In this document: one piece after another, positions 48,472 to 59,570 of the stretch | Position numbering within the stretch: position 1 is the stretch's first letter | Layout of the letters: each line of letters starts with the position of its first letter | Assembly (NCBI GenBank): GCA_964234715.1 | Contig: OZ174276.1 | Origin: Podarcis melisellensis | Taxonomy: Eukaryota | Strand: one strand, 5' to 3' | Length of the DNA: 59,570 nucleotides | Program-made: the position numbers and the translations under genes | Notes under the pieces: generated by a model | The model's database searches: none | Told to the model about the DNA's origin: nothing | The model's input: the letters and a program-made list of their open reading frames with translations, nothing else

Positions 48472-49083
48472 TTATGTGGACTATGTGGATTGGTAGGGCT
48501 CCACTCACAGCTAATTCTACTCCTTCGAATAATAATAATAAATAATAATGATTTATTATTTATACCCCGCCCATCTGGTTCCAACCTTTGGCAATTTTCT
48601 TAATTAGGGAAGCATCTGAATCCCAATTCCAGATTAGGAGCAGCCTCGACTCCATGACTGAGCATGGATTTGGAGTCAGGCATTCCTGGTGAAATCAGTA
48701 GGCATCCCTTGTTATATTTTACAGTTGCAAAGATAAATGAGTACTTTTTGATGTTGCGTTCTACGTAGGTGCTCTTCTGTCCAGGTTCTTTTTATGGAAA
48801 TGTAATGGGAGTACACCTGTGGTAGGCTTTGGTATCAGAATGGTAATAGTTCTTCAGTTCTTGGTGCTTTTAACACCGGGGAGAACCCTCCATGTATGAC
48901 ATTTGAGACTCTTCCCAGGGCACTCCCCATTCCCAGTCACATCCTCTTTCCTAGGCCACACTCCTCAACTGGCTTTGTTTGACATACCCTTTGAGTGTTT
49001 TTGCCTGGCTCAAATATATCATTGAACTCTGATAAATACCCCCCCCCACACACACACACTGTAGTGTAGTAAAACAGCCCCAC

Positions 49084-49425
49084 TAAAATATACTCGGAGT
49101 TGAGTGTTGATTCCGCGCTCTTTATTTCAGCTCATGGTAAACAGTGAGTGAGCTCACCTCTGGCTATATATACATTATTTACACAATGGGTCCCATGTGA
49201 TTGGCTGATTCAACTCCCCTCCTGGATTGGACTGTTCCTGCAGGCCAAAAAGGTTGCTGATTCACTTCCTCCTGGAGGCTGATTGGGCTGCTCCTGCAGG
49301 CCAATCAGGTTGCTGATTCACTTCCTCCTGGAGCTGGATTGGGCAGTTCCTACAGACCAATCAGGTTGCTGCCTTCTAGGATCCTACCTGCCTATTGTTC
49401 TAGGATCCAAGCTGAGTACATAACA
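49084..49425 (-). mobile_element. Solo LTR with triplicated CCAAT enhancer repeats
   Basis: Minus strand TGTTATGTACTC...GAGTATATTTTA; three approximately 57-bp repeats with CCAAT, then a TATA box and AATAAA; flanks CCCAC/TCCAC. Confidence 0.7.
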
Positions 49426-50109
49426 TCCACTAAAATGCATTTCAGTAGATTTTTTAAATTAAAAACTTAGCTCTATCTCTACTTCTCCCTACGTATTTAA
49501 GAATAAATGAGAGAATAATTACAGAGATTTCTCACCTTGTAAGAAATTGTCATGCGGATTCGCTCCCAGTGGCATCTTTTACTTGCTTGAGTATGCGCTT
49601 GGTTCTTTATAGAGTTTCATGCTGCTGCAACCTAAATCTGGGTTTTTTAGGCAGTAAGGACAACAAGAATCATATCAGGAATTTACTAGAGAGCAGCCAC
49701 TGCAGCCTATGTGCAAGAAGAAAAATAGTAGGAAATGTGCAAGAAATATGATATATATATATATATAGGGCAGCACATTCACAGCTGGTTGAAGTTATGG
49801 CTGATCAGCACTTGGGGGTTGGAAGCTGGCCAGGAACAGCAGTAGTCTTGGTGTATTTCAAGCATCACACTCCAAATTAATTAGAAAGTTATGCTTCATC
49901 TAGTTAGGTTGCATAGCGGAGCTCATCCATAAAAGGAGAGCTATTCCTGTTCCAACAGTCCTGATGCTGACTCATACTTTAGGAAGCATATTTTTGATTG
50001 TTTCTCATAATATCAGTTTGCATTTGATATTTCCTTAGATGGTGGATAGATAGATAGATAGATGATAGATATAATTTTAATTAATTTTTCTGTTATACAA
50101 TTTAAAATA

Positions 50110-50335
50110 CAGTGGTACCTCAGGTTACAGACGCTTCAGGTTACAGACTCCAGTAACCCAGAAATAGTATTTTGGGTTAAGAACTTTGCTTCGAAAGGAG
50201 AACAGAAATCGTGCAGCAGTGGTGTGGCTGCAGCAGGAGTCCCCATTACCTGAAGTGGTACCTCAGGTTAAGTACAGTTTCAGGTTAAGAACAGACCTCC
50301 AGAATGAATTAAGTTCTTAACCCGAGGTACCACTG
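50110..50335. mobile_element. Tc1/mariner MITE, second copy, 226 bp
   Basis: Same TIRs and TA TSD; sits inside an AT-rich LINE-3'UTR-like fragment (about 50070-50470). Confidence 0.9.
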
Positions 50336-50473
50336 TACTCATTTAAACATCCTTAAAATATCAATGACTTCCCTTCTTCTCTTTCCATGGTTCATTTTCC
50401 ATATCTTAAATCCCTGAATATTTTACATAAACTAAACCATGCAGTATTCTATTATTACATCCATCAAAACTTC

Positions 50474-50609
50474 CAGGCTTCCTCAACCTTGGCTCTCCAG
50501 ATGTTTTGAGACTACAGTTCCCATCATCCTTGACCACTGGTCCTGCTAGCTAGGGATGATGGGAGTTGTAGGCCAAAAATATCCGGAGGGCCGAGGTTGA
50601 GGAAGCCTG
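50474..50609. mobile_element. Palindromic hAT-type MITE
   Basis: CAGGCTTCCTCAACC..GGTTGAGGAAGCCTG with the same internal core. Older copies lie near 1235, 4231, 22405, 22670 and 55078. Confidence 0.85.
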
Positions 50610-51974
50610 TCCTTGACTATTCAGGGCTTTAAAGATCAAAGGCTTTGGCGACAAATGAAGATGACATATTACTGCAGCTTCATGAGCTGATCTGCAAACC
50701 TTTGCACCAAGTGAAGATTCCAAACAGTTTTCAATTTCCGTTTCTTAATTTCAGAGCTAGAGGCACCTTTGGGAAGGCAAGAGCCCAAAGGTGTGGCTGA
50801 GTGGGGGGCAGCCCTGATCATTCTCACACTGCCTGGCTTCTCCTCAGTTGCATACGGATTCCCTATTATATAAACTAGCAGTGCTTTAATCTGATCCAGA
50901 CTGCATCACACCCCTAAGTAACGCAAGTCATGAAAACTGTGCTTTAACCATAACATGGGTTTTATGGCTTGAGAGATTATTTTGACTTGACATTACAAGT
51001 GGCTGCCTAATAACTCCTGTCCAGAGACCATAAATTCCTAGTAAAACCTTGCTAATCATTAATAACGATCTGTGCCTGGTAAGAATAAATTCCGTGGAGA
51101 ACAAGGAAGAGGGTTCTAGGGAAGAATATCACCAAACCAGAACACTGGTCAGCCGCAAGAGAGAAAATCCAATCTGAGTCAAATAAAAGGTTCACCGCAT
51201 GTCCAATAAATCCTTTTCAATAACATTAAGACTTGTACAGTAGGCTATCAGCAGAGATAAATTCAGTTAGATATGAATAATAAGCCAGCAAGCATCTCTC
51301 TTGATATCACAAAAGGACAGGACAGTCGCTGGTCACATATTAAAGAGGGTGACTAAGAAAAACTGGTCCTATAAAAAGAGAGTTCAAAGTAAAAGCTGGT
51401 GGTTAACCTTCGAAATCAATTTTAGCAATTGTGTTCTCAGAATGGCTCCAGGCTGTGCCACTTCTAGGATTTCATTTTTTTATATACATCACTGAATTGA
51501 AACAAAAAAAGCAGCAATTCTCCCCCACCCCACCTCCGGATTCATTTGCAGCTCCCACTTAGTCTCCTAGCAATGCCAGACATTCAAAGGAGCACCCTGA
51601 GATGCTGTTCACATATAACCTGCTTTTCTTTTTCTTTTATCATCATAATCACCATCACTTACATCCCACCACTCTGCCAGGTTGCTCAGGGTGGCATGCA
51701 TGGCACCGTCTCCCATTTTAGAGTTAACTCTGTAAGGTGGGCTAAGCTGATCTTTAAGGTAGAGGGAGGTTTTAAAGGCAGGTCTCCCCAATCATAGTCT
51801 GGCAATCCAACCACTACATCTTGCTGGCTATTCTATGCCTGTATTGAAGAAAGAAGGGCTCTCGCTCCTTATATCAAAAGTGGCAACTGCTACTTGGCAA
51901 TGCTTCTTGTGATCTCATGCCTTCTTGTCATCCTCATAGATCCATCACTACTTATTTTATTTCTTTATTTTATT

Positions 51975-52415
51975 TCTTCTTCTTCTTTGGTGATCACTCG
52001 TAGCTGAGTAAGATTGTCTTCCATAAAAACTGTTCTCCAATTAGAGCATTCGCAGACCAGTGTTTCTCAACTGTCTTTGTTTCCCAATTGTCTGTATTTA
52101 TTTCAATTGTCTGTGTTTATACTACATTTTTTTAGATTTGCCTTGAGACAGTCTTTAAACCTCTTTTGTTGACCACCAGCATTACACTTTCCATTTTAAG
52201 TTCAGAATAGAGTAGTTGCTTTGGAAGATGATCATCAGGCATCTGCACAACATGACCAGTCCAACGAAGTTGATGTTGAAGAATCATTGCTTCAACACTG
52301 GTGGTCTTTGCTTCTTCCAGTACACTGGAATTAGTTCGCCTGTCTTCCCAAGTGATGTCTCCCAAAACGTTTTGGAGACACCGTTGATGGAATCTTTCGA
52401 GGATTCCATCACAAC
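51975..52415 (-). mobile_element. Degraded RTE-clade LINE 3' fragment (non-BovB)
   Basis: ITWEDRRTNSSVLEEA..QLRWTGHVVQMPDDHLPKQLLYSEL is a typical RTE C-terminal region; (GAA)n tail. Confidence 0.8.
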
Positions 52416-53285
52416 ATCTTCTTTAACTTCCCTGGAAACAAATCGGAATGAATGCTCAGAAAACAGTTTGTTTGGAAGTGCCCTTGGATCTAGGAGTTTT
52501 GCAGTAGTAGTAGTAGTAGTAGTATTTTTACTTTATTTTTTATGGGGGGGGGATACAAACTGAACATAAAACCCCTTTTCCCCAACACAAGGGCATAGTT
52601 CAGGTGTAAACATTAATAGTAAATGTCATACAAGCACTGAAGTGGAGAGAGATTGAAAGTATTAATTTTTTAGAAATGACTTAAGAAATTCATTCTGAAA
52701 GAGAAAATATGGGGTAAAAGGTTTCCCTCGTATGTGAGCAAGGGAATTCTCCTGTTCCGAGGCTGTTTTAAAATAATAATAACGGGTAAGGGCTTTTAAA
52801 CAATGAGCTATGCGAGATTTTAAAATGCTGTATGTTTCACTTTGCCCTCTCCTGCCATCAACGCTTTTGTGATCAAGGCACTGATATTAAGCAGAGACTT
52901 ATCTTTCTCTTTGCAGTGGTTCAGTGAATTGTCATTATGCTTAAGCATGATACAGGTTAGGACATTCAAAGATACCATCTGCAGTGATAATTATCAGGGC
53001 ACATCTTAACATGTGAATTTCTCTGCAGTGTCAAACCCAGGCTGAAAGCCAAACAATTTGCTTTCAGCTGCTTCATTTGAATTATCTGCTGTACTGAGGT
53101 TTTTTAACCCATTGTTAAAAACCTCAGTTAATACAGGTTAGATATGAAAATAAAGAGCCCATCCTATTTCCAATTCAAGCAATGCAGTTTAATAGTACAG
53201 AGGTTTAGTTCTGTTCTTCTTCTGGTTTGGGGATGATAGTTTATTAGATATTATAACTGATGGGAGATACTTTTCTATAGTATCT

Positions 53286-53603
53286 CCTGAAGGAGCGTCT
53301 CCACCCCATTGTTCTGCCTGGACACTGAAGTCCAGCGCTGAGGGCCTTCTGTCGGTTCCCTCACTGCGAGACGCCAAGTTACAGGGAACCAGGCAGAGGG
53401 CCTTCTCGGTAGTGGCACCTGCCCTGTGGAACGCCCTCCCACCAGATGTCAAAGAGAAGAACAACTACCAGACTTTTAGAAGACATCTGAAGGCAGCCCT
53501 GCTTAGGGAAGCTTTTAATGTTTAACAGGCCACTGTATTTTAATATTTTGTTGGAAGCCGCCCAGAGTGGCTGGGGAAACCCAGCCAGATGGGCGGGGTA
53601 TAA

Positions 53604-53649
<46 letters not shown>
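53286..53649 (+). mobile_element. L2-clade LINE 3' end with long (TTA)n tail
   Basis: Same family as the 16651 copy, opposite orientation. Confidence 0.85.
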
Positions 53650-53760
53650 GGATACTGTCCTGTAAGCACAGTTAGACAGATCCACACACACATTCATACA
53701 CAAATACCTTCTAAATGCCTGTGCTGTCTCAAGTCTTTGAGATACAGGAAGGTTACAAAT

Positions 53761-53790
53761 ATGAATGAATGAATGAATGAATGAATGAAT
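53761..53790. repeat. (ATGA)n microsatellite
   Basis: Directly visible. Confidence 0.9.
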
Positions 53791-54501
53791 ACATAGTTTT
53801 CCTACAGCAAATGAACAAAACACCCTCCAAGTAAACAGAGTTGCAAGTACTATTCAGAACTTGACACTTATTTGATTGCACAATGTCTAAAAAAAAATAT
53901 AGATTCCACAAGCAGAGCCAAATTTATTTATAGTAATAAAGCTGTTTTGCCCTTTGCTATTAGCATTCAGAAAAGGTGGACCAATTGCCTGAAGCTTTGG
54001 GAATATGTTTATTATAGTACACCCAGGCACAGGCCTGAAATCTCTGAACTGTGAAATAAGATTTCAGTAACGAAGGGAAGAAGCTCTGGCTCTTACCAAA
54101 TTGTCTCCTCTTTCTCATAGCTTTTGCTTATTTTTGTACTTCAGGCTTTGATCGTTAAATAGATGAAGAAGGAGGATGCTTGCTGGTATAATAAAGAAAA
54201 TTTAATAGTAACAGCAGGTTGCAGCCTCTTTGCCAGCACCAACAATGCACATCCATATGAGCCAATCACTTCATTTATTATAAATAGTCGGTCTCTGCAT
54301 AGCTCTGTGGAAAATTATCTCTGTCGTGGAAAGTTTTACCTGCTGATTTCTGCAGGTCAAGCTGTTGTTCAAGGCACAGGAAGAAGCCAGGCTGGGGTGG
54401 AGTAAGGTTTCTGGTCAGGTGACAATCCTAATGAAATCGGGTCTGGTGAATGATTTTTTGCATAGGAGTATTAATACTTACCATAGAGACCAAGTTCTCA
54501 A

Positions 54502-55070
54502 TGTCAGGGACTGGATGGACACAGAGGAGTGGTGGGAGGCACCAGCTGAGGAACCTCCAGGGGAACAAGGCTCAGAGCCAGGGGACTGGTGGTGGGACAA
54601 CAGTGAGTGGTCAGAGGGAGAAGATTGGGGAGGGAGGTGTTGGAAGCTGAAGATGCAACAGTGTTTAGTGACCATGAAGAAGGTGGGGTGGAGAACAGTC
54701 CAGAATCAGAGGCAGAAGTTGATTTAGGAGGGAGGCCAAGAGGCAGAGATGAGTCCATCTGGTGAAGAGGTTCATATATCTCCCTCTCCTGCTGCGACTA
54801 GCTCCCCTCCTCCCTGGTCTCCCAGAACCAGGAGAGGCATGAAAAGGACAGAGAAGTTAGCTTCACCCAGATGCAGTCTCAGATTGGTTGGGGGAAATCC
54901 TGGAGTGGAGGGGACTTAGGCAGCTGTACCTTCAGTCTCAGCAGCTGCTTCATGGGGGCAAGACCTACTGGGGGTTACTTGCTGTGCTCATAAGGCCTGA
55001 CACTTTCTGCTAATAAAGAGTTAACTCCAACATGCACAGTGTGATTTACTGCTGGTTCGCTCCTGTTGTC
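54502..55070 (+). mobile_element. Probable LTR-type repeat
   Basis: Starts TGTCAGGGACTGG, purine-rich body, AATAAA at about 55012; 3' terminus and TSD not resolved. Confidence 0.45.
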
Positions 55071-55222
55071 TATAAGGCAGGGATGGGGAACCAGTGGTCC
55101 TCCAGGTGTTCTTGGGCTCCAGCTATCATCAGGCCTAGCCAGCATGGCCAGTGGCCAAGGATGAAGAATGCAAGAGTTGATACAATTTGTTTTCCTATCC
55201 TTGCTACACTGTTGCATTGATT

Positions 55223-55370
55223 ATAGAATCACAGAACTGGAAGGGATCCTGGGGATCATCTAGTCCAACCCCCTGCAATGCAGGAATATGCAGCTGTCCT
55301 TTATGGAGATCAAGCTTGCAAACTTGGCATTATCATCACCAGGCTCTCACCAACTGAGCTATCCAGATGC
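55223..55370 (-). mobile_element. SINE with tRNA head and CR1-like tail (Squam2-like)
   Basis: TAGAATCACAGAACTGGAAGGG..TCTAGTCCAACCCCCTGCAATGCAGGAA followed by a reversed tRNA-like head (CCAACTGAGCTA). The same tail is seen near 18035, 23590 and 42470. Confidence 0.55.
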
Positions 55371-58300
55371 ATAGTACCTGGAGCGAGACAATTTGGCTCT
55401 TGAGGCAGAAAATCACACAAGCGCCCCTCTCTCCTTCCCTGACAGTCAATATTCAATAATAATAAATATAATAAATAATTTTCCACCCTTCCATGATACA
55501 CAAAATGGGCTGCCTGAGGTGGCTGCCTCACTCTGCCGAATGGTAAGATCGGCCCTGCCAACTGAGGTTAAAATAAGCCTTGCCAAATAAACACGTTCAT
55601 TGCTTGTTAATCAAGCTGGTAGCCATTAAAACCAATTAAAACTTGCATCCACACTGGATATGATAATATGTACAGTATAATATAATTGCCCATCCTCAAT
55701 ATGGCCATAATACCATAATTCCAAGATAAGAAATATGTTCAGTGTGTGCCTGCAAGATAGGGATCTATTTTCTTTTCTTTCTGACTCTAATGCTGTTATC
55801 TGCCTTAGGCTCTTAGACAGGGCAGGCTGCATATTCCTGCCATCAAATCTAGCCAAATATAGTGATGCAGCTGAAATTTGAGATTAGTTTGTAAGTCAAA
55901 TCTAATATGTCTGTAATTCTCATTGCATAAAGAGGCCTGACTTCAATCCAATAAACTTTAATATTTCCATAGCTAAAGCTCAGATGGATTGTAAGTTCAT
56001 TTATATGGTCTGGGCCTGTGTGGTCAGCATAATGGGGGCACAAACTGCAAAGGAGGGGACCCCTGGAAATTATGCAAAAAAGCATAAAGTATCAGAGGTA
56101 GCCAACGTAATCGATAGAAATAACAATATAAGACAACCTCTCAGGTGGGTACCATTGCTATTTTGGGGAGAACAAGGGAGGCATTCATGGTGAGTTCCAG
56201 CACCTCTTTTTCTGACTACAATGATTGTACATAAAAGCACAAATGAAATAGGCACATACTGTGACATATGTGAAATAGAGTCACACAGCAGCCAAAGATA
56301 AACTGAAGCTTCATCTAGGAAGAGTTGCTTCCCATAATTTGACAGTCCTGTGGCACTTAGTATTGACTTTATCCCATTGACCTTATCTGTGGTTTCTTTA
56401 TGATGTGCGGGCAGCCACCTTTTTTATGCACAGCTCCTGGAAACAACATTACGTGACCACAAAGCACCACTTCCAGTGACATTTCTGACCTGGTTTTGAA
56501 AGCTTTGCGGCAAGAGAAGCTTCTGTCTCAGAGAGGCTCTTACCTTTTGTTAAAAAAAGGAAAATATAGAAGAAAACGTTTTAGAGCTCTTTTACAGTAA
56601 ATTTAACTACAAACATACTTCAGAATCTCATAATAATGGAGAACTTTTGACCTCAGCAATTCTTAACATTAAATTTATAATTTGGACATAATTCGCATAG
56701 TTGTGAATTATGGTGGGATCAGTTCACCCACCAAATCTAGGCAAGTTTGCTGCAGATTTGGGGCAGGGGAGAGAGAGAGAGAGAGAGACTAACCTTGTTT
56801 TACTAAGCTTCATTTCCTTGACGTCTTTTCCTGAGTCATCTAGACTTAATGTGAGAACTGGATTGCCTGCTGAGGTTCTGAAAGCAGCTAGTGTCTGGGC
56901 TTTTTTCTGATAGAAAACAAATCTGGTGGGAACATGTGTCTCATAGGCCATGTATATGGATCTTAAATCAGAGGTGACACTATTCTGAAAAGTAGCCCTA
57001 ATGTTGTTTTGGAACGTGCTTCCAGGCCATTAGTTCAAGACACGGATGTAATCCTTGAGTTGCCATAAAAAGTGTGTCAGTGCCTGATGTCCTGCTTTCC
57101 TTCAGAAGCTGAAATGTCATTGCCAGCAACTGTAGAAGATGTCCTTGCAAACCTAAGAGCAGTGTCCCTGTGGTCCACTAAATCACGGAGGGCCAAGGTA
57201 TCTGTTGTCTGAGCACTGACCTGAGGATGCTACTTTGGAACTAACATCACCATAGAAAAGATTGGCCCTCGTTTTGTAGAGATTGTTCTTTGAAAATGCC
57301 TGCAAAATGAAAGGTGCTACGGTAGTAAGGAAAGCAAGAGGACATATTTCAAGCAAAACAGCGCCCTTCCCTTCCAAATATAGCCTGCAAGTTTATTTTG
57401 GGCAGTGCAGTTAACCTCAATTAAAAGAGCTCAGAATAACAAGCTTTTGAATTACCAAAGAAAGCACCATGACTGTAGGATTATCCTTCACTTAACTGAA
57501 ATACGGAGGCAGTAGACAGCAATATGTCTTTTCACTGGGGTAGATAGGAATGTCTATGTAGTGCATTCTTAACCAGGGGACAATACTGCAGTGACAGAGG
57601 GGGGTTGCTACTTCTGCTAAACAAGGACCTGATTGCAGCTCTCACTGAAAGCAGAATAGGCCCCTTCCACATTTCAACATCCTTAGCCTTGGAATGAGAC
57701 GTTTTCCAGGAGCAGCCAGGAACCCGCCCAGGCGTGCAGAAACGCGACCTGAGTTTACGAATACAGTTTACCGCACACCTGCCTGTGCGCTTGTGTAAAG
57801 AAGCAGCTGGTGCAGCTTGCAGGTTCAGCAATGCGATGATGGATAGATGGCACAGTCTAATACATTCAGGGAACTATAACCTAAGCGCTCATGTCTAGTC
57901 AGATTGGGAATTGAAACCGTAATGGTTCCTGCGGCTGTAACTTTCCAGACTGCACTGCACTGCACCAAGCAAGCAAGCGCTTGCTGTATGGAGCAATTTG
58001 TCTCCCGAGAAGGATAAAATATAGGGTGGTATTTACAGCAACCCCAAGTCGGCTTATAAAAGTGTTTTATGGAGACCTGTCACCAAAGATAGTGCTACTG
58101 TACACAAAGCGCTCCGGGAGATTTCTTTCTTTTTCCCCTCTCTCTCTCTCTTCCTCCCCCAGAGCTAGAAGGGATCGCTGAGAGCTTCGGCATTTGCAAA
58201 GTCTGAGGGGAGAGGAGGTGAACTGATCAATAATTAAGTTAAGGAAGGCTTCTGGCAATGATAGGCTGAGAATACTCTACTACGTTGTAAGCCCAATTGA

Positions 58301-58974
58301 ACTCAGTGGGACTTACTTCTGGGCAAGCATGTGTAGGACTAGGCTGAAAGTTACTTGGAAAAGTGGTGCATTCTCGCTGCAGTCAGTAGGTGATATAATA
58401 ATAAGAAGCTTGCACAGAGTGGAAAAGGAGGGGTCTCAAAAGGAACATCATGACTGAACTTTCAGAAAGTAGACATTATCAGCTTTCCGTGCCTTTAATA
58501 AAAATGTTTGTGGGGGTGTGCATTTAAGCAATGATGTCCTTTCAGCAGTCAAGCTTTCTTTCTCTATATAAAAGGCATAACTGGCATTTGATAGTGAAGA
58601 ATGGCAGCAGCTGTCTTGCAAAAGTAAAATAAGGCATCAGCTCTTCTCGCAGAAGCAAAAAACGATGTTAATGGTAATAATCTGTTGGGATGGTTAGCAC
58701 GCACACACACACACACACAAACATAACATGGTTATAATTTGGATATTTCTAGGCAAGGCACAGAGCAGTTCATGCAGTCAAAGGTGAAAAGCTGGGCATC
58801 CCTGTACCTAGTAAGCAAATGAGTTTGGAGCCTCACTTGAGAGTATTTTTAATTAAGGTTCCTCTTAGGAGCAGGACATAGAACAATCCCAGTAAAATAA
58901 ATGGAGGTGATATTGCGGGGCAGGTGGGGTGAAAAATGAGTGAAAAACGAAATAAAAAGTGGTTTTTAGTCAGT

Positions 58975-59265
58975 ATCTCTTTTTTATCATTAAAGTTTTC
59001 TTGGTTTACAAAGGTATGTGCAATGTCTCTTTTTTCAAGTTACATTTTCCATAGGTCAGTCTCATTTGTTGAGACATTAGGGTTGCCTTAGGAAGAAAAG
59101 GGGGGAAGAGGTGGAGGGGGCCGTGGTGGGTGGGGGTGGGGTGGGGTCGGGAGGCGATGTTTCTATTTTACTTAATGTACGTGTGGGGTTTTGTGTCAGC
59201 GTTACTTGTGCGGGTTCTCTTTGCTATTCACTTGTGTTCCTTTGGTGGTGAGAGAAGTTGAACAA
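58975..59265 (-). mobile_element. Probable LINE (L1/Tx1-like) 3'UTR fragment
   Basis: T-tract end followed by a G-rich tract on the + strand, typical of a reversed LINE 3'UTR. Confidence 0.4.
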
Positions 59266-59570
59266 AAAGAAGACGACGACAAAAACAACACATAATGGCA
59301 TTTATGAAGGAAGACATTTTGGGGAGATGGTACAACTCCTTGAAGTTTCTGACACTAGATGCCTTTCTCTTTACAGTTAAATATTGCAGGAAAGAGTAAA
59401 CGCAGCTATTTGTAAGACACAGAGGGATAAAGCTGTGTGTCTGATAGATTGTGCAACAGGCTGCAACAGGCTGCAAATGAGTACGCAGCATCAAAGTGCA
59501 GAAAACTTTGAAAAGTGCTATGTCTATATTTTATTTATGCTTGCTTCACATCTTCCTGGCATCTTACAAA

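Noticed and set aside
49195-49375. CRISPR-like repeat array
   Set aside because: Eukaryotic locus; the repeats are contiguous with no unique spacers and there are no cas genes.
53093-53129. Short inverted repeat ACTGAGGTTTTT..AAAAACCTCAGT
   Set aside because: AT-rich and isolated, with no supporting context; bacterial-style terminators are not relevant here.
20705-59570. Next CADPS exon (expected LDNPDEQAAQIRRELDGR...)
   Set aside because: Not found by eye. It presumably lies beyond the window in a long intron, although a short exon could have been missed.

Overview
This is vertebrate genomic DNA, and the Sauria/Squam1 and Squam3 SINEs plus BovB point to a squamate, most likely a lacertid lizard. 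The window lies inside the + strand of CADPS (CAPS1). It contains two coding exons, 11436-11549 (114 nt) and 20372-20704 (333 nt), which correspond to human exons 2 and 3. The rest is intron filled with SINEs, 5'-truncated LINEs (BovB, RTE, L1, L2, CR1), hAT and Tc1/mariner MITEs, solo LTRs and microsatellites, several of them nested. The stand-out feature is a full-length, apparently intact 5.9 kb RTE-X-like non-LTR retrotransposon at 29917-35848 (- strand) with a perfect 16-bp TSD. Its ORF1 and its EN-RT-CCHC ORF2 are in the same frame, separated only by one UGA in a UGA-CUA readthrough context. Predicted RNA stems follow that stop, and ORF2 has no AUG until codon 238, past most endonuclease motifs. 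This suggests the endonuclease/RT is made as a 1713-aa ORF1-ORF2 fusion by programmed stop-codon readthrough, as in gag-pol or alphavirus expression. ORF1 also ends with a canonical PCNA PIP box (QRKITDFF) just before the leaky stop, and the 5' end carries an L1-like YY1 site. Family names are from motif recognition only; no database searches were run.
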